Assembly (NCBI GenBank): GCA_038748225.1
Contig: JBCDJC010000040.1
Span: forward strand, 1-24,000
Length of the DNA stretch: 24,000 nt
Direction: 5' to 3'
Origin: Cyanobacteria bacterium P01_H01_bin.26
GTDB taxonomy: Bacteria; Cyanobacteriota; Cyanobacteriia; Phormidesmidales; Phormidesmidaceae
Shown here: positions 9,101 through 14,801 of the stretch, one piece after another
Layout: each line of letters starts with the position of its first letter
Position numbering within the stretch: the stretch's first letter is position 1
Position numbers and translations under genes: made by a program
The notes under the pieces: model-generated
What the model was told of the DNA's origin: nothing
Databases searched by the model: none
The model's input: only the letters and a program-made list of their open reading frames with translations

Positions 9101-9348
9101 GGGAATGGTGTTTAGACCACTGGCATGACAACTATGAAGGGGCTCCTACCGACGGTAGTGCTCGGATAGACCCTAGCAAGAGTAACAAAAAAGACTCTGA
9201 CGAGAGCAAAAACCGTGTGCTGCGTGGCGGTTCGTGGTACATCTATCCTGAGGACTGCCGGTCGGCGGCCCGCAACTCCCTTACCCCGGGCGACCGCAGC
9301 AGCTCTAACGGTTTTCGGGTAGTGTGTGGTTCGGCGAGGACATCTTAG
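6151..9348 (+). CDS. vWA-type partner of MoxR. Architecture: SAV_2336-like N-terminal region, vWA-like region, three LuxR/GerE HTH modules, and a C-terminal FGE-sulfatase (CLec-fold) domain bearing DGR VR1
   Basis: N-terminus LLRQAGVDFGVEDLADALWLAKFV. vWA-like strands LDVALVVEETQ and RRLILLLSDCTSVAW. Three ~49-aa repeats with the (Q/K)RY.LT.REA.VW...EIAQEL.I..NTVKKH pattern (7930-8076, 8104-8250, 8284-8427). FGE-sulfatase motifs GGTFEMGSP, RLPTEAEWEYACRAGT, HGNVWEWC, LRGGSW, GFRVV. Confidence 0.8.
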   Translation: MRSDRRPVKDPQGVDGFTTLLRQAGVDFGVEDLADALWLAKFVDDPGVDEAIQADDPNKEQEGPTVREEYLEPEEDLDQDNTAQLSLPSTQAKSQGGEKPDGIPIKAPAAPALRIRLDLSRALRPLRRMVDSPGRLMFDEAATVEQIADQQIWSPVMKPAPERWLDVALVVEETQALSVWKETITEVQTLLERQGAFRQVTTWRLKEQGGKLALFQHWRRPGQRPRQAKDLWDPSGRRLILLLSDCTSVAWHDGSILTWLQTWSKRAPTAMMQLLPERLWSQTGLGGGVPVQLGAIEPGCVNERLMMTYRLPIYKQLLAGIDTADRVKLPVVTLQAQPLKQWAKVVAGSGESWATGMVFDGGEKKREEIVDKGQGIGKIEPALRVQRFRMTASLMAQELAGLMSVAPVSPPIVDLIRQTLLPRAEPVHVAEVYMGGLMEPSQANDQSEVTYDFDDEVRKLLANSVPRSVSKHVLNAVSAYISERLNLNTRSFEALLSVDFGDDVEAEGMVVPFARVAEQTLRRMGREYAAIADRIQTRPKVALPSVEGDASNWVPLLQTFTFREAMVVFETQSETTVERSLEVAEPDDVEDEIQRYGLTPREAEVWRLRRQGLTHQEIAQELVITANTVKKHVNNILSKQQLARVQSNDDNKRYSLTSREADVWQLRQRGATYQEIAQELFISVNTVKKHLKSILAKRQFVEKKEELAAESQRYGFTEREAAVWELHQFNHNKEEIAKELYITVDTVRKHLRNIQAKREQVESLGEDMRFERFSFETAYITLEKTDEQSPELLITYQESHGRQYIEGLGKDIELPMVLLSGGTFEMGSPEDEQGYDPMDGPQHVVRVPSFFIAKYPITQAQWCVIAAMPQVNRELEADPSHFKGDNCPVESVSWFDAVEFCARLSNHTGREYRLPTEAEWEYACRAGTTTPFHLGETITADLANYNATETFGSGPEGEYREQTTDVASFPANAFGLYDMHGNVWEWCLDHWHDNYEGAPTDGSARIDPSKSNKKDSDESKNRVLRGGSWYIYPEDCRSAARNSLTPGDRSSSNGFRVVCGSARTS
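9220..9338 (+). repeat. DGR variable repeat VR1 (last 119 nt before the RTS-stop of the vWA/FGE-sulfatase gene)
   Basis: Aligns without gaps to 10914-11032 and 12018-12136. Apart from one third-position difference from the TR-like copy in codon 22, differences fall only at positions 1-2 of 13 codons. Confidence 0.85.
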
Positions 9349-9473
9349 CCCTTTGCGCTTGTTCACTTTTGCCCTGTTCATATTTTGCATTATTTTTTCT
9401 TTTTATAAAGAAAATGAGCTGAAGTTGCGAGGCTCATGGCATTGTTTGAGAACGTTGGCTAGAGGCTGGGCGT

Positions 9474-9875
9474 ATGAAAAAAGAGTTGCCTATTGTGCAA
9501 AAGACCTACGACCTGCTGAAGTGGTATGTGCCGATTTTGAATAAGCTGCCTCGTGAGCATAAGTTTTTGCTGGGGGACCGAATGATTACAGGGCTATACG
9601 AACTTATGGAAGGACTGGTTTTGGCGCGATACAGCTCAGACAAACTGCCTCGACTCCAGGTGTTAAACAGTCGGTTGGATCTGCTGCGGCATCAGACTCG
9701 TCTGCTGCTGGACTTTGAGCTGATGTCTGTGAAGCGCTATGAGTATGCTGGGCAGTTGCTGAATGACATTGGCCGAGAGCTGGGCGGTTGGATACGACAG
9801 CAGCGGGCAAAGGCAGCATGGAACGCTACGGCAACCTCTGGCCCGATATCATTGCCTTTGAAAATCTGCTGCTAG
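9474..9875 (+). CDS. avd: Avd-like accessory variability determinant (four-helix-bundle, 23S rRNA IVS protein family)
   Basis: YDLLKWYVPILNKLPREHKFLLGDRM and IGRELGGWIRQQ match the four-helix-bundle/Avd pattern. It lies directly upstream of, and overlaps by 58 nt, the RT start. Confidence 0.85.
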   Translation: MKKELPIVQKTYDLLKWYVPILNKLPREHKFLLGDRMITGLYELMEGLVLARYSSDKLPRLQVLNSRLDLLRHQTRLLLDFELMSVKRYEYAGQLLNDIGRELGGWIRQQRAKAAWNATATSGPISLPLKICC

Positions 9876-10881
9876 CGGCCCGTAAAGCCCAGCGAGGCAA
9901 ACGCTATCAGCCCAATGTGCTGCAGTTAACTACCACCTGGAAACAGAACTGCTGGCGCTGCACACCGAGCTGACGACTAAAACTTATGCACCAGGTCCGT
10001 ACTACACCTTCGACATTTATGAACCTCAGCCGCGCCTGATCTCAGCCGCGCCCTACCGGGACCGGGTAGTGCACCATGCCCTATGTGAGCACATCATGCC
10101 GATTTTTGAACGCACTTTCATTGCTGACTCTTATGCCAACCGGCTGGGCTATGGTGTCCACCGCGCCCTGCGGCGGTTTATTGGCTTTGCACGGTCCAGC
10201 CGCTACGTGCTACAGTGCGACATCCGAAAATACTTCCCCAGCATTGATCATGAAATTCTAAAAACCAGGCTACGGCGGAAGCTTAAGTGTCCTGATACTC
10301 TCTGGCTAATCGATACCATCATTGACCATAGTAATGAGCAAATTCCGGTACATGAGCTTTTTCCAGGGGATGACCTACTAACGATGCTAGAGCGGCGACG
10401 GGGGTTGCCCATTGGTAATCTGACCAGTCAGTTTTTTGCCAATGTTTATCTGAATGGCCTGGACCATTTTGTCAAAGAGCAGCTGCGGGTGAGAAAGTAC
10501 GTCCGTTATGTGGATGACTTTTCGCTCTTTAGCGATGACCGTGCCTTTTTGGCCGATGCTCGCCTGGCCATAGAAGACTTTCTTGCAGATATTCGCCTTA
10601 AGATTCACCCGGTAAAAAGTCAGCTGTTTGAAACCCGTTATGGAGCTAACTTTCTGGGATTTCGTATACTGCCCGACCGCATTCGTGTGCGTAAAGAAAA
10701 CCTGCGCAGGGGCAAACGACGATTACGACAGCTGCAGGCCGATTATGCCAACGGTAGGCTAAGCCTGGCGGACCTGGATCGTTCGATACAGAGCTGGTTG
10801 GCCCACCTGAACCATGGCGATACCTGGCAGTTGCGTAAACAGATCTTTGCTGACCTTGTGTTTACCCGCTATTGTGGATAG
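9818..10881 (+). CDS. DGR-type reverse transcriptase interrupted by an apparent 1-nt frameshift near 9926-9928 (possible pseudogene or sequencing error)
   Basis: N-terminus [36 protein letters not shown] lies in one frame (9818-9925). It continues as [53 protein letters not shown] in the adjacent frame, which is open from 9886. DGR hallmark [16 protein letters not shown] and catalytic YVDD are both present. Confidence 0.9.
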
Positions 10882-10913
10882 GCAAGGCAGTAAAGGCGGG
10901 GCAGGCACCCCGA

Positions 10914-11032
10914 CTGCGTGGCGGTTCGTGGAACAACAATCCTGAGAACTGCCGGTCGGCGATCCGCGGCAACTCTTCTCCGGGCGACCGCTACTTCGAT
11001 CTCGGTTTTCGGGTAGTGTGTGGTTCGGCGAG
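10914..11032 (+). repeat. RT-proximal template-repeat (TR)-like copy of the 119-bp repeat; chimeric or atypical
   Basis: Starts 32 nt after the RT stop. Hot codons 7, 8, 9 and 12 are AAC AAC AAT AAC, as expected for a TR. Codons 17-30 carry non-adenine differences from both VRs. The 3' flank diverges from the shared VR flank immediately after GGCGAG. Confidence 0.65.
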
Positions 11033-11234
11033 CACTCTTCACGAGGTGAGAACTGATGGATGGGAATCTATTGGGAGGGCGTCAGAAGAGTCCAGACCTG
11101 TTCCGGTGATGCTGGTGACAGCATCCGAATATAAAATCGGGTTGGGCAAGCCTGGTAAGCTTAGCTGAACGGTTACCCAACCCACCCAATTCGTTTTTTG
11201 GAAGCGCCCCAAAACGGGAGCCTCTGCGGATACT

Positions 11235-12146
11235 ATGGCAGCACCACCCGAAACTAAACCACAGCTAGTCGTTCGCTATCGAGACCGTACAGCTCAGTTT
11301 TTTACCGAAGATGATCTAGCGCTAACAGCGGAGCAGACAGCTCTAGAAATGGTGCTTATTCCTGAGGGGGAATTTATGATGGGCTCCCCTCAAGATGAGC
11401 AAGGGCGGGATTTATATGGTGAAGTGCAAGACGACTACAAAGGTGTTGATGTAGAAGGCCCTCAGCACCTGGTGAGGGTGCCTTCCTTCTTTATTGGTAA
11501 ATACCCGGTAACCCAGGCCCAATGGCGGGCAGTGGCCGCTCTACCCCAGATAGAGCAGGAGCTTGAGCCAAACCCGTCCAGCTTTAAGGGAGACAATCGC
11601 CCGGTAGAGCAAGTCAGCTGGCACGATGCGATGGAGTTCTGCGCGCGGCTACAGAAGCATACAGGGAAGCCCTATCGTTTACCTAGCGAAGCTGAATGGG
11701 AATATGCCTGTCGGGCAGGCACGACTACGCCATTCCACTTTGGCACATCGATCACAACAGATTTAGCCAATTATTCTGGAACCGATTATGAATACGGAGG
11801 TAGAACCTTTTCAGGGGCCTATGGCAATGGTCCTCATGGTGTTTATCGAGAAGAAACTACAGATGTGGGAAGTTTTGCGATCGCAAATGCCTTTGGTCTC
11901 TATGACATGCACGGCAACGTCTGGGAATGGTGTTTAGACCACTGGCACAAAACCTATGAAGAAGCTCCTAAAGATGGTCGCGCATGGATATCCTCTGGCG
12001 AGAGTGAATTGCGCGTACTGCGTGGCGGTTCGTGGTACGGCAATCCTGAGTTCTGCCGGTCGGCGTTCCGCGACGACTATACCCCGGGCGACCGCAGCGA
12101 CAATAGCGGTTTTCGGGTAGTGTGTGGTTCGGCGAGGACATCTTAG
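11235..12146 (+). CDS. Free-standing FGE-sulfatase (CLec-fold) domain protein; second DGR target carrying VR2
   Basis: 303 aa. A close paralog of the C-terminal ~290 aa of the 6151-9348 product (GPQHLVRVPSFFIGKYPVTQAQW, RLPSEAEWEYACRAGTTTPFH, HGNVWEWCLDHWH, LRGGSW...GFRVVCGSARTS). Confidence 0.9.
   Translation: MAAPPETKPQLVVRYRDRTAQFFTEDDLALTAEQTALEMVLIPEGEFMMGSPQDEQGRDLYGEVQDDYKGVDVEGPQHLVRVPSFFIGKYPVTQAQWRAVAALPQIEQELEPNPSSFKGDNRPVEQVSWHDAMEFCARLQKHTGKPYRLPSEAEWEYACRAGTTTPFHFGTSITTDLANYSGTDYEYGGRTFSGAYGNGPHGVYREETTDVGSFAIANAFGLYDMHGNVWEWCLDHWHKTYEEAPKDGRAWISSGESELRVLRGGSWYGNPEFCRSAFRDDYTPGDRSDNSGFRVVCGSARTS
12018..12136 (+). repeat. DGR variable repeat VR2
   Basis: Gap-free alignment with VR1 shows 17 differences, all at codon positions 1-2 of 10 codons. 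The following 42 nt are also 37/42 identical to the VR1 flank. Confidence 0.85.
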
Positions 12147-12291
12147 CCCTTTGCACTTGCTCTCTTGTGCCCTCTTCACCCATAATATTTTTATGCCCTC
12201 AAAAAATAAAAACATAAGCTAACCTGACGAGATTAGTGCGGTATTAGCAGTGCTTTGTCCGTTACTATTTATCAGCGCTAGCCTACCCCAT

Positions 12292-12738
12292 TTACCAAGG
12301 CAACCACTTTCGCGTTTGCTTCGAAGTCTGCTCAACAGACGCCAAAATTCGACTATTCACCTCATCCTGAGATTCTCCACCAATCGTCCCAATCTGCCGA
12401 TCCAACTCATTGGCCGCCAACGACTCATTCACCATATAAGCCTCCTGGGCAGGCTGGGGTAACGTATCCCGCCGACCTTTTTTGCCGCCGGTCTCCCGAT
12501 ACAGGTCATTCACCGTGCAGCCAAACAGCTCTTTCGTCTGAGTCACAGCGGCCTGTTCATATATATCGCCTGTACCGCCATTCTCCTTAATCGACTTATT
12601 AAACCGCCGATTTACCAGCGCTCCATCTACACGCCTACGCGGCGGAATAAGCGCCTGGGAGTTTCCGCTCAACTCTAATTGGGAGGCAGTCTCTTCCTGG
12701 TTGGGAGCCTCGTTCTTCCACCAATTCAAAAAAGCCAT
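12292..12738 (-). CDS. Hypothetical protein (may be the C-terminal part of a frameshifted larger gene)
   Basis: 148-aa ORF. It overlaps the upstream ORF by 104 nt. No family recognised with confidence. Confidence 0.5.
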   Translation of the reverse strand: MAFLNWWKNEAPNQEETASQLELSGNSQALIPPRRRVDGALVNRRFNKSIKENGGTGDIYEQAAVTQTKELFGCTVNDLYRETGGKKGRRDTLPQPAQEAYMVNESLAANELDRQIGTIGGESQDEVNSRILASVEQTSKQTRKWLPW

Positions 12739-13186
12739 GGGCTTCGTTCTGTTCCTGGGGTGTAAATTCTAAAAGTTGTTCCAAACCGGTTTTGATCAGC
12801 TCTAGACCATCGGGATACATCAAAAAGGCATCCAGAATCTCGTGCCGATACTCATAGTCCCAACGGTCTGGGGTGAAGTTAAAACTGTTTAACACCAGCA
12901 TGTAGGCATCTAAACAGCTTTCGTAGCTGGCCTGGGCTGAGAAGTGAGCCAATGCCTTAATCCAGGTGACCTTATAGCGACGGTCCCCAAACTGTTTGAC
13001 ATCTTGAACGTAGTTTTGGGGCTGCGTCACCACACCACTGGCCTCGTTAAACCGGGTCCAGGCGTTCCAAACTCGTTTTTTTAGCTCGGGCAGCTTCATT
13101 GTGACGTCAGTTGGCTTTGGCTCTAGGATACCGCTAGTTTTGGGATTGCCATAGCGGTTTGAGAATAATTGTTTAACATTACTCAT
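12635..13186 (-). CDS. Hypothetical protein
   Basis: 183-aa ORF. Its start overlaps the stop of the DUF3368 gene by 8 nt, so they probably share an operon. No family recognised. Confidence 0.5.
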   Translation of the reverse strand: MSNVKQLFSNRYGNPKTSGILEPKPTDVTMKLPELKKRVWNAWTRFNEASGVVTQPQNYVQDVKQFGDRRYKVTWIKALAHFSAQASYESCLDAYMLVLNSFNFTPDRWDYEYRHEILDAFLMYPDGLELIKTGLEQLLEFTPQEQNEAHGFFELVEERGSQPGRDCLPIRVERKLPGAYSAA

Positions 13187-13664
13187 CAGCTTGCTGTTTG
13201 AGCAACTGGACTAAACTCTCAGAAAGCCATAGGCCAGCATTTTGGAGGGCTTGAATGGGTTCTGAAACAGATGAAATAATGCCCCTGCGTTTGGCAAGTA
13301 CGATTATCCCACCTGTTCCCAGAGTGGGGATTTTGAGGCTCACAGCACAGCGACGAGCGGCAGCGTCATCGAGGAGAGCGGTGTAATCAGAGTGGGTCAG
13401 GGCATAGCTAATGACTTCTGACTCACCGGCTCCGAGATCCCAGGCCGATACTTTTGGGTCGGTAGTGATGGTTGCCAGTCGGTTGGCCCAATTAGCTTGA
13501 GGTAAGCTTTGGGCTGCAATGTCCTCTTTGCAAGCGGTTACTTCAAACCACACGGCAGGCGGGACGTTTACCTGGCCGAATAGCTGAGGCAATAAATCAG
13601 CGAGCTGGCTTTTGTAGAGGGTAATCAGAGGCGATGCATTGATGATGACGTGTTTAATCGGCAT
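13179..13664 (-). CDS. DUF3368-family PIN-like nuclease (putative toxin)
   Basis: VIINASPLITLYKSQLADLLPQLFGQVNVPPAVWFEV, DLGAGESEVISYAL and GTGGIIVLAKRRGII match the DUF3368/PIN pattern. Paired with the UPF0175 gene upstream. Confidence 0.8.
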   Translation of the reverse strand: MPIKHVIINASPLITLYKSQLADLLPQLFGQVNVPPAVWFEVTACKEDIAAQSLPQANWANRLATITTDPKVSAWDLGAGESEVISYALTHSDYTALLDDAAARRCAVSLKIPTLGTGGIIVLAKRRGIISSVSEPIQALQNAGLWLSESLVQLLKQQADE

Positions 13665-13908
13665 TACTGAGTTCTTTGATCAAGTCAGCTTCGGTGTATT
13701 GGAAGGGGGATACCTGGTAGCGGGAAAGTGCCTGAATGAAGTCAGCACGGGTAAGCCCTGCGATTTCGGCAGCTTTTCCTTGGGAAACTTGTTCCAGTTC
13801 GTACCATTTGACAGCGGCGGCGATGCGCATTTCTTGGGCAAATTCCTCAGGGGTTTTGCGTAGGGCTGAGAAAGCAGTATCAGGGAGGTTGAGGGTAATG
13901 CTGGTCAT
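13654..13908 (-). CDS. UPF0175-family putative antitoxin
   Basis: 84 aa. FAQEMRIAAAVKWYELEQVSQGKAAEIAGLTRADFIQALSRYQVSPF is typical of UPF0175. 11-nt overlap with the DUF3368 gene. Confidence 0.8.
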   Translation of the reverse strand: MTSITLNLPDTAFSALRKTPEEFAQEMRIAAAVKWYELEQVSQGKAAEIAGLTRADFIQALSRYQVSPFQYTEADLIKELSNAD

Positions 13909-14048
13909 GGGAATTAGTTTGCGGGGTGTGGGTCTATGCTAACGGACCTAACCCTAAGCTTTTAAGTCTTTGTTAGGAGTGGTATTTATGGCCTGTTGCA
14001 GTTTGGGGTGAGTGATCGCAAATTTCTCCTGGAGCAGTGAATTTGGGC

Positions 14049-14621
14049 TCACGGTTGGCCCCCTTCCATGCGGCGCTGTTTTAGATGACCGTAGGTGTCC
14101 AGCTCGGCCTGGATTTCTAGCTTGTAGCGCATAATGCCCCGGCGTTGACCGGTGGCTTTAAATGAGGCCAACTCTGCGTCTGAGAAGTCAGCTTCGGTAA
14201 CGGCTAGCTGATCGACAAAGTTTTCCAGGTCGGCCAGCTCGGCGGCGATGGACTGCTGCATTATGCCGTTTTGGGTTTGGCGGAGGGCCAGGGCACTACT
14301 AACGCTATCGGGCATGAGCTCCCCTTCAATTACTCCGGCATTGCTCCATTCGTGGGCATAGCGGGCCTTGGTATTGGCGACCCATTGGGTACGGTCAGCA
14401 TGCCTGACTCGACTAAATTCATCAAACAGTGTCCGTGCCAGCTCGGTATAGGTGGAGCCTTGTTTTAGCAGCGGTTCAGGGGCCACCTGCACAATCCATT
14501 GAAACCAGCGATTGCGGATGGTGGCATCGCTTACCCCCAGTTGTTCGCCTAGCTGTACGGCTGTGTATGAGCCCTGTTTTGTTGCCGTTCGATCAACGGA
14601 CAAATTAGGTATATCATTCAT
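14049..14621 (-). CDS. Hypothetical HTH-containing protein
   Basis: ORF with the probable HTH YTAVQLGEQLGVSDATIRNRW. I chose the ATG at 14619-14621 (MNDIPNL), which is preceded by AAGGA, over the upstream GTG. Confidence 0.6.
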   Translation of the reverse strand: MNDIPNLSVDRTATKQGSYTAVQLGEQLGVSDATIRNRWFQWIVQVAPEPLLKQGSTYTELARTLFDEFSRVRHADRTQWVANTKARYAHEWSNAGVIEGELMPDSVSSALALRQTQNGIMQQSIAAELADLENFVDQLAVTEADFSDAELASFKATGQRRGIMRYKLEIQAELDTYGHLKQRRMEGGQP

Positions 14622-14801
14622 GGCGTAATCCTTGTATTTAAAGGGTTCTAGCACCGTTCACCCGCTGTTCGTGGCACGTTCAGCAGATGCTCGAATATGT
14701 ACAGTACAAGTGTACGGATAAGTTCAGGATAATTCAATAGCTGTATTGCAAAAACTTTGGTTCTAGGTAGCTGGTGGGGTAGTGAACGAGAAACCGGACA
14801 A

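Noticed and set aside
9112-9390. 92-aa minus-strand ORF, and its twin at 11934-12215, antisense to the VR regions
   Set aside because: Both are antisense shadows of strongly supported FGE-sulfatase coding sequence. They are duplicated only because the underlying repeat is duplicated.
9385-9409. TTGCAT … TATAAA as a possible sigma70-type promoter for avd
   Set aside because: The spacing between the hexamers is only 13 nt by my count, which is too short for a canonical -35/-10 pair. No promoter called.
9326-9544. 72-aa + strand ORF bridging the VR1 flank and the avd start, and the 70-aa ORF at 12250-12462
   Set aside because: The first runs through the conserved non-coding VR flank and out of frame into avd. 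The second is antisense to the 12292-12738 gene. Neither has supporting features.
10872-11168. 98-aa + strand ORF covering the template-like repeat (…RLRGGSWNNNPENCRSAIRG…GFRVVCGSASTLHEV…)
   Set aside because: It only mimics the C-terminus of the FGE-sulfatase targets because it contains the TR-like copy. It lacks the rest of the domain, overlaps the RT stop and has no independent coding signal. I treat it as non-coding DGR template plus spacer.
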